From Balanoglossus misakiensis (Eukaryota > Animalia > Hemichordata): 64,000 bases of DNA. Under the pieces are notes generated by a model. It was not told where the DNA came from, did no database searches, and saw only the letters and a list, made by a program, of their open reading frames with translations. The stretch spans positions 5,921,009-5,985,008 of the forward strand of contig CM082591.2 in assembly GCA_040954595.2 (NCBI GenBank), read 5' to 3'. Below, piece after piece: positions 31,236-44,584 of the stretch (position 1 is its first letter; every line of letters starts with the position of its first letter). Both the position numbers and the translations under genes were made by a program.

Positions 31236-34200
31236 ATGGTTTCATCGCAACACATTGCGATTTGGATCTGCATATTTGCAGTAATACTTATGCAGACGAG
31301 TGCTTTTTCTGGAAAATCCAAGATTAAGAAGACCCTGGCCGAGCTGAAGACCCTGGCCGACCTGAAAGCCCGAGAATTTCGCCCCAGTTTCGTCAAACGT
31401 ACAAAACAAGCTCCGCTTCTTCCCGCCGGGAAGGAGAAGATAGATGACGAGTATATTGTAAAACTCAAAGTAAGTGGCATGGCTTTTGTAGAGTTAAAAC
31501 ATCTACAAATTCATATCTAATCGCGAAAAAGTGCGTTCAATCACAAGTGAGAAGAAATGATGACGACAAAAAAAGAAAACGTTTTTCAAATCCAGAGTTC
31601 CATTATATCTAGACCTGTCACATTTTATTATACATCTGGCACAGAGAACAATACAATTTTGTGTGCTAAAAACGCCACACGGAACGCGCGTTCCGTACGC
31701 CGACAGTTTCAAGACTCCCAAGCTTGGACTGTTTCAAGACCCCCGTCTCCAATGTAAACTCAATGTGTTCCAGCTGAGCGGTTACGATCGATCGTACCGG
31801 CGTTTTGAAAGCCAAGTTATATGCAAAGCAAGAACTAACGGAGATGTATAAAAACAGCCACTTGAAAATCAAAGGCCAGTTGAAATCAAAGGCAGCGATA
31901 ATTTAACTGTTGGGTCAACCATTCGCATGATCTTTTACGACAGACTCTTTCTCGTAGTGTGCCTAAATTGGTCAAATAAGCCACATGACAACCACCGACC
32001 TTCTCGTATACATGTACAACATTTTAATCTGTTTTCTTTTTCATTAAGGATGGTCTTACTGATGAACAGCTTGAAGAATTTGAAGAAAAATTCCAAGCAC
32101 TCTGTGAAGAGAAAGGATTACATATTGATTTCCAAATCGATATAACAAGTTTGATGAAAGGTTTCGTGGCCAGAGTTCCTGCTGCAGCACTTCACATTGT
32201 AAGTGTTTATACATTGTGTTATTGGTTTGGATGGATGGATGGATGGATTGATGGATGCAGCAAAACTCCGAAAACCACAGGAAAAGTATTTGTATGACAT
32301 CATAGCAAATGAGGAAAACTTTGCATTGATCGTATCAATTGATTTTTGTTTAGCTCCGTTGGTTGGATGAAGTAGAGTTTGTTGAAGAAGACGAAGTTGT
32401 CCATGCAAACACAGAATGGGGTTTGGACAGGATTGACCAGGCACTCCTGCCCTTGGATAACGTTTATTCATCATCACCACTAGGTAAGTCAGGGACCTTT
32501 CTTGCTGTTAACCTTTCACATCTCTCGAAATATCACTTATCAATTTAGATTCATCGTGGTTTCCATTCGCAAGCTTTGTTAGTTAGGTGAAGTATTAACC
32601 AGGTGATTTTTGTGACTATCGGTTACTCGAATTCTTATTTTCTGTCCTTCATAGGAGACGGTAGTGGCGTGAATGTCTTTGTATTAGATACTGGCATACG
32701 TTACTCTCACAGCGAGTTTGGCGGTAGAGCACATCCGTTTTTCGATGCCTTTTCCGATGGACAAAATGTAAGTTGTACTATACATTTGTAATGTACTATT
32801 TTGGGGGAAATATATGATACATTGAGAACGACTATATTAGATTTTATGTCAATTTAAAGAAACATATTTTAAGTGCATCCATTTAAGAACTATATTTCTG
32901 TGACACAATTTCAACGGGAACCGTTACCGCCACTGAAAGTTATGTTTTAATTTTCAAAATAACCTTTGTGCTGCAAGAGAACTAACTAGCAAAAATGTCA
33001 TGTCAGTTTCACAGAATTATGTTGATTTATTGTAAATTTCATATAATCACAGAATACCCGAATTGCCTTTATGAAAACACAATAAAAAGGGTTCGTCTGT
33101 TTTCAAAACACTGTCGTCGTTGGCCCCTGTTTGGAGGACAAGACAATTGCGAGTCGAGAATGCATTTTGGTTTATTTGATATAATTTGAGAAGATATATG
33201 CTCTGATAATATTCCTGCCTATCCCATTTATCGATGACCTATGTATTATACAGGGAAACGACTGTCAAGGACATGGTACTCACTGTGCAGGTACTATTGG
33301 TGGGAGCACTGTTGGTGTTGCACCTGGTGTTACGCTGTTTTCTGTTCGCGTTTTGGACTGTGGGGGAAGTGGGGCTTACAGCGGTGTTATTGCAGGTGAG
33401 TTTACAATTTTACATCGAAATACTTGACAAAATAGAAACATTTGAATTTCCGTTTTAATACAAGGTGAACGGCAAACTTAACAGACATCCATAATAGCCG
33501 GGTCTTCAACACTTATCCATACAGGTATGGATGCAGTCGCCACTTCCAATAAGAAACCAGGAGTGGTCTCCATGTCGCTGGGCGGTGGACTCTCCACATC
33601 TACGAATTTGGCAGTCAAACGGTTAACCGATGCTGGGTACATCGTCGTCGTTGCCGCTGGAAACGACGGTTCAGACGCCTGTTCATATTCACCTGCTTCG
33701 GCTCCTGAGGTATTACATTTGAAGGATGATAACACAATTAATATAACATTATGACGTGTTATATGCAGTCCACCAAGAAAAGCTTTGTGTGTGTGCATAC
33801 TGCTTGTCGAGAACACCACCATTGACCAATATCTGGAGATTTCATTTCGACCTCCGCCATTAGGGTGACTGACTACGATTTACAAACCGTGCATGTTGAG
33901 CAGAGTCACGTCTACTGCTTTGTGAGAATTTCTTGTATTTCCACGTTCAATATAAATATTTAATTCTCCTCATTGACTGCAGTACATGGCCAAACTAAAG
34001 CACAACACGTTTGTGTTACAGGCAATTACAGTGGGAGCTACCGAATCGGACGATGTTTTAGCTAGGTATTCTAATTACGGCAGCTGCGTTAATATTCTGG
34101 CACCCGGAAGTGACGTCAGGAGTGCTTCCTACAGTGCAGACAACAGCTACACCACTAAGAGCGGGACCTCGATGGCAACTCCTCATGTTGCGGGTAAGGG

Positions 34201-35754
34201 TGTCTTCATGTATTCTGGGGACACGCTCTAAGCAAATCTAAGTTTAGCTCAACCAAACACAGTAAATGTCAATTGATAAATTGCGACGATCGTCTTGTGC
34301 GCATGTGTCAAACCATAAACTCTGGTCACAAAAATTGCACACAGGCAATGCCATAAGACAGTGTGCTGTCCTGACGACAGACAAGATGGCGGCGACCGTA
34401 GTCCGTGTCAGATATCTCAAATAAACGGCAAAGTAGGTGAAAAGAGAGGCCAAAATTTAAATCCACTTATATACGGTGTGCAGGAAGTATGAAAGGAGGC
34501 AAAGGTAGTCCGCTATTTAATGCGAACGAAAAATTTGCAGAACATTTTGATTAGACGTAATGTTTGAACACATGAAATTACGCACATGCGCATAAGACGA
34601 CCAAATCATCATCACCGGAAGTTCTTCACTGAACGCCATGCAGCAGACAGTAAGCACCTTACAATCGTCTGCTCTTACCCATTGATGTCAACTGCGGGAC
34701 TCGTGTGTCTTTTAGATTATCTGTTCATGTAATATTATTCACTCTATTTCCTCAAGGTGTTGCCGCCCTGCTGCTTGAAGCGGACCCGTCTCTCACACAA
34801 ACGGCGATGTTAAACAAGTTGGTGGAAACTGCCCAAACAGGAAAAATTAACCTGTCCGGAGTGCCTTCAACACCGAATAAACTTTTAAGCATTGCCCCAA
34901 TTGGTGAGTTGAATCACGGTTTGTTTCAATTGGAGCCCTTGATTTCATTGTAATGGAAATGCTTAATTCTGACTCCAGGTGTAGTCAAGTACATTCGGTT
35001 TTACATTGGGCCATATTAGACACCCGCATTTAAATCAAATGTATATCTGTACAGTCTCTTGATTCTTTGCACATTCTCTGACTATGTATACCAGAAAATA
35101 CCTGGCGAGTCGATGGCAGATGCGGTCCAAACTACCCCCTTTCGAATGGCAGTCCAACAGAATGTGATCCTTATGGCACCTATCCTTGTTGTTCACCTTA
35201 TGGCTGGTGTGGTAACACTGCAGGTCACTGCACATGCTCTCAATGCATAGACTACACACGTGAGTAATATTACATTTTCAGTCTCGCATTTTATTGTTTC
35301 AACTGGAATGGAGCATTTTGAAAAAAAAATTCAGAAGCTTACATATGCTCTTAACTATCTATGCATGCATACCTTACACATTACATACATTACATTACAT
35401 GCACGCATGCATGCATTCATGCATACATGCATACATGCATTCATGCATTCATGCATACATGCATACATGCATACATGCATACATACATACATACATGCAT
35501 ACATGCATACATGCATACATGCATACATACATACATACATACATACATACATACATACATACATACATACATAATGTACCATAATACTCTTTAATATTAC
35601 GAATATAATCTTTCCTTTAGCTTCAGACTTGTGTCAGAATACTTGCCGTTACAGAGGAGATGGCGACTGTGATGACGGTGGACCCAATTCACATTACAGC
35701 TACTGTGGTTATGGAACCGACTGTGAAGACTGTGGACCCCGACCTCCATACTGA
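31236..35754 (+). CDS. S8A protease gene 4 (SP-I9-S8-hevein-like chitin-binding-CDDGG), 10 coding exons
   Basis: Exons 31236-31469, 32049-32198, 32354-32483, 32655-32767, 33254-33395, 33525-33709, 34022-34193, 34757-34903, 35095-35259, 35621-35754. Catalytic residues intact. Confidence 0.9.
35095..35259 (+). other. Hevein-like (chitin-binding type 1/CBM18-like) exon, gene 4
   Basis: [55 protein letters not shown], with the CCS.YGWCG motif. This frame is not in the ORF track. Confidence 0.82.
35395..35573. repeat. (CATG/CATA)n microsatellite
   Basis: Direct reading. Confidence 0.95.
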
Positions 35755-36700
35755 ATCAGCCTTCACTGAAAGATGGACATCATTCGCGATTTTTGAATTT
35801 TCATCTTTTCTTTCTGTAGCTCAAAAGTATTGAGAATACGACTTTTGAATCAGGCTACCATGTAGCTATCATTGGAATTGGTTTCATAAAAAAATAAACC
35901 TAGTGATTAATGTTTAAGTATTGGTATATTGTTGTTGTTGCATTGATACACTTCATTCTTGCGCCCAGTGGTTACAAACTTACACATACTTCACAAAGTC
36001 ACAAACAACGTACATGTATAATGAAATTAATAGAACACAATCAAAAGGGAACTATCCTTGTGTCAAAACACTAAAATGAGGATGCAGGAAACCAACGTCG
36101 TTTTCGTTACTTCCATATTGAAATATCGAGTACTCGCGAACATTAGCATCTTGCTTAATTTGCCATTAAAACAAACGACAAAACCACCGAATAACAAAAT
36201 AGCGAAATGAAGAGACTTGACAATAATAGACGGAATGGACCAGTGAACTCCTTTACATAAATCACGTGTGCGATCAGTACTCTGTGCTGGCAGTATCATG
36301 AATAGCTTGGGGATGGGCTGTTGTAATTTCTCTATTGTCACACCGAGTAGTAATATTCAGTTCTGCTGGACACAAGCGAGCCTGAGTTGCAGCCATTTTA
36401 ATTTGTTTCTGAGAGGACCGTGCAATTTCCATCATTTAAATAAGTGCTGCATACAAAAGACCGAAATTCTTCTCGGGTTGAAAACTTTGCCCCAAAGAGA
36501 GAAGTTACGTCATGCTTGAAACTAATTGGAGTATTCGACCGTAATCCCAGTATACTTTATTCACAGGAAGAAGCTAATTGCCGTTGATCTTTGTCGCACT
36601 TGTTCGTCCCTATTTCCTTCAGGGTCTATAGTTCTATTGTGTAAGCGTCTATATGGTTACGCAAGTGTGTCCATTTGACCTTTCACCCAGATAATCTGAG

Positions 36701-36780
36701 TATATATAGCGAGTCTAGGAGCAAAAGAAGAGTCAGTGAGTTTTGTTGGCCGAAACGAAACCACGCGAGACCAACTACAG
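36701..36780 (+). promoter_or_regulatory. Putative core promoter and non-coding first exon of gene 5 (type B)
   Basis: TATATATAG, then TCAGT Inr, then AG|GTGAGT at 36780; acceptor at 38277. Diverged homolog of type A. Confidence 0.65.
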
Positions 36781-38298
36781 GTGAGTACAGCCATGGTTAT
36801 ATATGCTTGATTCGCATTTTCTTTTCCCTCCCATGTTTCGAATGTAAAGTGAAGTACCAGTGGAGTCTTGCGAGTTCAAATTGACGCTAACACGAACGCA
36901 TAAAATTGAGGTTGGGGAAATTCCTACAACTTTTACCGCTGTAACCTGACTCTGACAACGAGATTACATTAGAAGTTGCGGTACTAACCTTGCTACTAGT
37001 CATCTTTTCTCGGACAAAATAGACGACACAAATGTAGGCACTCGTTCCAACATTTCAAAGACTACTTCAGTATAAAAAGAAAAACTCTTTTTTTTTATAA
37101 AACATGTTTAATTGTTTTACACGGTTATCTAAAAACTACAACGCCAACTGCAAACTTTTACACATAAAAACTGCAAACGGAAAAAAAAACCTTAAATTTG
37201 AAAATGTGTCTTCGTGGCTTCTGTATATCGAGGCAGTGTGGTCGATACCGGTTTGAATGGTGGTGATTTACTAAAGTGTCTTCGGAATATCTTCTGGAAA
37301 GTGTACAATACACGGTATATTGCAAAAAGTTGCGTTGTGAAAAGTTACGCCCCAGGACAGCTCGGCACCTAATTATCTGGGCAACATCTATTATGCATAT
37401 GCAAATTGCTGTATTGGGCAACACTTGCGGTCGTCCATTTTCTGAGGCACTGATTTTTCGAATGGCGAGCTGAGATTGATGATGACAACAGCAGCGCAGC
37501 AATAATACAATTAACTTTGATTGTGTTCAACAAGGCAGTATCAGTAAAGAGGGGCTATACTAGTCAGGACGGAGGCTAAAAAAATCATCTTTTGGTCTTT
37601 AGTTGACCACGCACAAAACACATGCAAAGTTGATGAGCCAATTGTAACTTAAAGCAAACTAATTAAGAACGCTGCCCTAAGTCGTTGTGAAGATTACACA
37701 TTTACATACATGAATACCATTAGAGTTAGGCGCAGTGATGAGTCAATGCAGTGATTACGTTGAGGTACTGCTCGCTAATCACAGGCTATGGTCGCGCCTT
37801 TCTAAAGGCGATTATTGTGCATGAGTTTTTAGCTTCGATGTCAGCGACGTGGAGCTTTCAGAAATGGTGATTGGCCGTCGTTTATGGCGTCCTTCGTCTG
37901 TCCACACTTGCCTATCTTCATCTCTACAACCATCGGTCCAAGTACTTTGAAATTTAGCATGCAGGTTTATAGGCGTGATCTAAGGAAAGGTTGTTCAAAT
38001 TGTGATACAATTTGCATATTTATAATTTTAATAATTCAAAAATTTGTGCAATATTTTTTACTACGTTACAAATTCATCTAAGCCGTCACGTTTAGCCAAG
38101 TGTCAAACAGCGAAGCCCTAATTTGCATATGACTATACAGTGTCTCCAGAATATTTGGTGATTTTTTGATGATGTGTTTGCCAACGTTGGCATACACATC
38201 ATCTAGAACCTAGCCTCCTTGTTAGGTGATTGGAGCCATGCCGTGATCACTAAAATTTTCTTGTCAATATATTCCAGGTGAATCATTTCTGAGCAACC

Positions 38299-41200
38299 AT
38301 GGTCTCATCGCGACGCATTGCGATTTGGATCTGCATATTTGCAGTAATATTGATGCAGGCCAGTGCTTTTCCTGGAAAATCCAAGATAAAGAAGACCCTG
38401 GCCGAGCTGAAGACCCTGGCCAACCTGAAAGCCCGAGAATTTCGTCCCAGTTTCGTAAAACGTACAACGCAAGCTCCGCTTCTTCATGCCCCGAAAGAGA
38501 AGATAGATGACGAGTATATTGTAAAACTCAAAGTAAGTGGCTTTTGTCGTGTTTAAAATATGCCCACGCCGATGTGATGGCGCTGTCACAAATTTCTTTA
38601 CAGACTATGAGGGCGTACTACATACATAACGCTGTCTTTCGAAAATAAATTTAAGTAAAAGAAATTTTGCTAAGTGTTATATTATAAAATAACATAAGCT
38701 CTATCAGTTCAAAAATCAGAAAGAATACTTGTTGGATCTCGTCTCACTCTAATTTGAGGTCAGCCAATCGCATGATTTTATGAACAATTACAACAGACGC
38801 CCTTCTTGTGGTGTGCCTCAATTGGTTAAAAGGAGTCACGTCACGTGACTTGTAGTTGAATGAAAACCGTCAACCCCCTCGTACATAATATTTCTTTTCC
38901 GTAATACATGCATTTCTTTTCTGTTTTCATTAAGGATGGTCTTACTGATGAGGAGCTTGAAGAATTTGAAGACAAATTCCAAGCACTTTGTGAAGAGAAA
39001 GGATTACACATTGATTTCCAAATCAATATAACAAGTTTGATGAAAGGTTTCGTAGCCAGAGTTCCCGCTGAAGCAGTCCACATTGTAAGTGTTTATACAT
39101 TATGTTATTGGTTTGGATGGATGGATGGATGGATGGATGGGTGGATGCTGCAAAACTCCGAAAACCACGGGAAATGTATTTTTATGGCATCATAGCAAAT
39201 GAGGAAAACTTTGCATTGATCGTACCAATTGATTTTTGTTTAGCTCCGTTGGTTGGATGAAGTAGAGTTTGTTGAAGAAGACGAAGTTGTCCATGCAAAC
39301 ACAGAATGGGGTTTGGACAGGATTGACCAGGCACTCCTGCCCTTGGATAACGTTTATTCATCATCACCACTAGGTAAGTCAGGGACCTTTCTTGCTGTTA
39401 ACCTTTCACATCTCTCGAAATATCACTTATCAATTTAGATTCATCGTGGTTTCCATTTGCAAGCTTTGTTAGTTAGGTGAAGTATTAACCAGGTGATTTT
39501 TGTGACTATCGGTTACTCGAATTCTTATTTTCTGTCCTTCATAGGAGACGGTAGTGGCGTGAATGTCTTTGTATTAGATACTGGCATACGTTACTCTCAC
39601 AGCGAGTTTGGCGGTAGAGCACATCCGTTTTTCGATGCCTTTTCCGATGGACAAAATGTAAGTTGTACTATACATTTGTAATGTACTATTTTGGGGGAAA
39701 TATATGATACATTGAGAACGACTATATTAGATTTTATGTCAATTTAAAGAAACATATTTTAAGTGCATCCATTTAAGAACTATATTTCTGTGACACAATT
39801 TCAACGGGAACCGTTACCGCCACTGAAAGTTATGTTTTAATTTTCAAAATAACCTTTGTGCTGCAAGAGAACTAACTAGCAAAAATGTCATGTCAGTTTC
39901 ACAGAATTATGTTGATTTATTGTAAATTTCACATAATCACAGAATACCCGAATTGCCTTTATGAAAACACAATAAAAAGGGTTCGTCTGTTTTCAAAACA
40001 CTGTCGTCGTTGGCCCCTGTTTGGAGGACAAGACAATTGCGAGTCGAGAATGCACGACATTTTGGTTTATTTGATATAATTTGAGAAGATATATGCTCTG
40101 ATAATATTCCTGCCTATCCCATTTATCGATGACCTATGTATTATACAGGGAAACGACTGTCAAGGACATGGTACTCACTGTGCAGGTACTGTTGGTGGGA
40201 GCACTGTTGGTGTTGCACCTGGTGTTACGCTGTTTTCTGTTCGCGTTTTGGACTGTGGGGGAAGTGGGGCTTACAGCGGCGTTATTGCAGGCGAGTTTAC
40301 AATTTTACATCGAAATACTTGACAAAATAGAAACATTTGAATTTCCGTTTTAATACAAGGTGAACGGCAAACTTAACAGACATCCATAATAGCCGGGTCT
40401 TCAACACTTATCCATACAGGTATGGATGCAGTCGCCGCTTCCAATAAGAAACCAGGAGTGGTCTCCATGTCGCTGGGCGGTGGACACTCCTCATCTCAGA
40501 ATTTGGCAGTCAAACGGTTAACCGATGCTGGGTACATCGTCGTCGTTGCCGCTGGAAACGACGGTTCAGACGCCTGTTCATATTCACCTGCTTCGGCTCC
40601 TGAGGTATTACATTTGAAGGATGATAACACAATTAATATAACATTATGACGTGTTATATGCAGTCCACCAAGAAAAGTTTTGTGTGTGTGCATACTGCTT
40701 GTCGAGAACACCACCATTGACCAATATCTGGAGATTTCATTTCGACCTCCACCATTAGGGTGACTGACTACGATTTACAAACCGTGCATGTTGAGCAGAG
40801 TCACGTCTACTGCTTTGTGAGAATTTCTTGTATTTCCACGTTCAATATAAACATTTAATTCTCCCCATTGACTGCAGTACATGGCCAAACTAAAGCACAA
40901 CACGTTTGTGTTACAGGCAATTACAGTGGGAGCTACCGAATCGGATGATGATTTAGCTCCGTATTCTAATTACGGCACCTGCGTTAATATTCTGGCACCC
41001 GGAAGTGCCGTCAGGAGTGCTTCCTACAGTTCAGACTACAGCTACACCACTCAGAGCGGGACCTCGATGGCAACTCCTCATGTTGCGGGTAAGAGTGTCT
41101 TCGTGTATTCTGGGGACACGGTCTAAGCAAATCTAAGTTTAGCTCAACCAAACACAGTAAATCGTCTTGTGCGCATGTGTCAAACCATAAACTCTGGTCA

Positions 41201-42779
41201 CAAAAATTGCACACAGGCAATGCCATAAGACAGTGTGCTGTCCTAACGACAGACAAGATGGCGGCGACCGTAGTCCGTGTCAGATATCTCAAATAAACGG
41301 CAAAGTAGGTGAAAAGAGAGGCCAAAATTTAAATCCACTTATATACGGTGTGCAGGAAGTATGAAAGGAGGCAAAGGTAGTCCGCTATTTAATACGAACG
41401 AAAAATTTGCAGAACATTTTGATTAGACGTAATGTTTGAACACGTGAAATTACGCACATGCGCGTAAGACGACCAAATCATCATCACCGGAAGTTCTTCA
41501 CTGAACGCCATGCAGCAGACAGTAAGCACCTTACAATCGTCTGCTCTTACCCATTGATGTCAACTGCGGGACTCGTGTGTCTTTTAGATTATCTGTTCAT
41601 GTAATATTATTCACTCTATTTCCTCAAGGTGTTGCCGCCCTGCTGCTTGAAGCGGACCCGTCTCTCACACAAACGGCGATGTTAACCAAGTTGGTGGAAA
41701 CTGCCCAAACAGGAAAAATTGACCTGTCCGGAGTGCCTTCAACACCGAATAAACTTTTAAGCATTGCCCCAATTGGTGAGTTGAATCACGGTTTGTTTCA
41801 ATAGGAGCCCTTTACTTCATTGTAATGGAAATGCTTAATTCTGACTCCAGGTGTAGTCAAGTACATTCGGTTTTACATTGGGCCAAAGCAGGCACCCGCA
41901 CATCCGATGATTGTTGAACGAAGTAGCAGCGGCACAACACTGAAATTTAAGTCAAATGTATATCTGTACAGTCTCTTGATTCTTTGCACATTTTCTGACT
42001 ATGTATACCAGAAAATACCTGGCGAGTCGATGGCAGATGCGGTCCAAACTACCCCCTTTCGAATGGCAGTCCAACAGAATGTGATCCTTATGGCACCTAT
42101 CCTTGTTGTTCACCTTATGGCTGGTGTGGTAACACTGCGGCTCACTGCACATGCTCTCAATGCATAGACTACACACGTGAGTAATATTACATTTTCAGTC
42201 TCGCATTTTATTGTTTCAACTGGAATGGAGCATTTTGAAAAAAAAATTCAGAAGCTTACATATGCTCTTAACTATCTATGCATGCATACCTTACACATTA
42301 CATACATTACATTACATGCACACATGCACACATGCACGCATGCATGCATTCATGCATACATGCATACATGCATACATGCATGCATACATACATACATACA
42401 TACATACATACATACATACATACATACATACATACATACATACATACATACATACATACATACATACATACATACATACATACATACATACATACATACA
42501 TACATACATACATACATACATACATACATACATACATACATACATACATACATACATACATACATACATACATACATACATACATACATACATACATAAT
42601 GTACCATAATACTCTTTAACATTACGAATATAATCTTTCCTTTAGCTTCAGACTTGTGTCAGAATACTTGCCGTTACAGAGGAGATGGCGACTGTGATGA
42701 CGGTGGACCCAATTCACATTACAGCTACTGTGGTTATGGAACCGACTGTGAAGACTGTGGAATCCGACCTCCATACTGA
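38299..42779 (+). CDS. S8A protease gene 5 (SP-I9-S8-hevein-like chitin-binding-CDDGG), 10 coding exons, one GC-AG intron
   Basis: Exons 38299-38532, 38935-39084, 39244-39373, 39545-39657, 40149-40290 (donor GCGAGT), 40420-40604, 40917-41088, 41629-41775, 42012-42176, 42646-42779. Confidence 0.87.
42012..42176 (+). other. Hevein-like chitin-binding exon, gene 5
   Basis: Near-identical to 35095-35259 (NTAAHC vs NTAGHC). Confidence 0.82.
42312..42598. repeat. (CATA)n microsatellite, expanded relative to the gene 4 copy
   Basis: Direct reading. Confidence 0.96.
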
Positions 42780-43472
42780 ATCAGCCTTCACTGAAAGATG
42801 GACATCATTCGCGATTTTTGAATTTTCATCTTTTCTTTCTGTAGCTCAAAAGTATTGAGAATACGACTTTTGAATCAGGCTACCATGTAGCTATCATTGG
42901 AATTGGTTTCATAAAAAATAAACCTAGTGATTAATGTTTAAGTATTGGTATATTGTTGTTGTTGCATTGATACACTTCATTCTTGCGCCCAGTGGTTACA
43001 AACTTACACATACTTCACAAAGTCACAAACAACGTTTAATGAAATTAATAGAACACAACCAAAAGGGATCTCTCCTTGTGTCAAAACACTAAAATGAGGA
43101 TGCATCATCAGGAAAGCAACGTCACATTTTGAAAACTAGGTCGTTTTCTTTACTTCCATATTGGAATATCGAGTAGTCGCTGACATTAGCAACTTGCTTA
43201 ATTTGTTATTTAAAAAAAAACGAAAAAAACACCGAATAACAAAAGAGCGAAATGAAGAGACTTGACAATAATAGACGGAATGGACCAGTGAACTCCTTTA
43301 CATAAATCACGTGCGCGATAAGTACTCTGTGCTGGCAGTATCATGAATAGCTTGGGGATGGGCTGATGTAATTTCTCTATTGTCACACCGAGTAGGTCTA
43401 TAGTTCTATTGTGTAAGCGTCTATATGGTTACGCAAGTGTGTCCATTTGACCTTTCACCCAGATAATCTGAG

Positions 43473-43552
43473 TATATATAGCGAGTCTCGGAGCAAAAGA
43501 AGAGTAAGAGAGGTTTGTTGGCCGAAACGAAACCACGCGAGACCAACTACAG
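43473..43552 (+). promoter_or_regulatory. Putative core promoter and non-coding first exon of gene 6 (type B)
   Basis: Copy of 36701-36780; acceptor at 47100. Confidence 0.6.
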
Positions 43553-44497
43553 GTGAGTACAGCCATGGTTATATATGCTTGATTAGCATTTTCTTTTCCC
43601 TCCCATGTTTCGCATGTAACGTGAATTACCAGTGGAGTCTTGCGGATTCAAATTGACGTTAACACGAACGCATAAAATTGGGGTTGGGGAAATTCCTACA
43701 ACTTTTACCGCATCCGCTGTAACCTGACTCTGACAACGAGATTGCATTAGAAGTTGCGGTACAAACCTTGCTATTCAGTCATCTTTTCTCGGACAAAACA
43801 CAGTAGACGACACACATGTAAGCACTCGTTTCAACATTTAGACGACTACTTCACTTGTAAAAGAAAAACTCCTTTTTTGTAAATCATGTTTGATAGTTGT
43901 ACACGGTTATCTAAAAACTACAACGCCAACTGCAAACTTTTACACATGAAAACTGCAAACGGAAAAACTTTAATTTGAAAATGTGTCTTCGTGGCTTCTG
44001 TATATCGAGGCAGTGTGGTCGATACCGGTTTGAATGGTGGTGATTTACTAAAGTGTCTTCGGAATATCTTCTGGAAAGTGTACAATACACGGTATATTGC
44101 ACAAAGTTGCGTTGTGAAAAGTTACGCCCAAGGGCAGCTTGGCACCTAATTATCTCCCTGGTCAGCATCTATTATGCATATGCAAATCGCTGTATTGGAC
44201 AACACTTGCGTTCGTCCATTTTCTGAGGTTCTGATTTTGGCAGTGGCGAGCTGAGATTGATGATGACCACAGCAATAATACGATGAACTTTGATTGTGTT
44301 CAACAAGGCAGTATCAGTAAAGAGGGGCTATACTAGTCAGGACGGAGGCTAAAAAATCATCAATGCCCATGGTGACAATTTGAAGTTGAGGTAGTATTCT
44401 GGCCATCCTGACTTTCACCAGTCTTCGGGGAACTGGAAATAAAAATACTTTGTGTGTGAGTTTCATTTATTCTACAGTTTTCCAGATTTTACAGTTA

Positions 44498-44584
44498 GGG
44501 AGCCTTCAGTATTTACGAGGGGGGTGGTGGTCTGTACGCTGAATCCCCCCGGCCCACCCACCCCTGTAAATTCTGAAGGCTCCC
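44498..44584. mobile_element. PIF/Harbinger-type MITE (87 bp)
   Basis: TTA|GGGAGCCTTCAG...CTGAAGGCTCCC|TTA. Confidence 0.78.
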
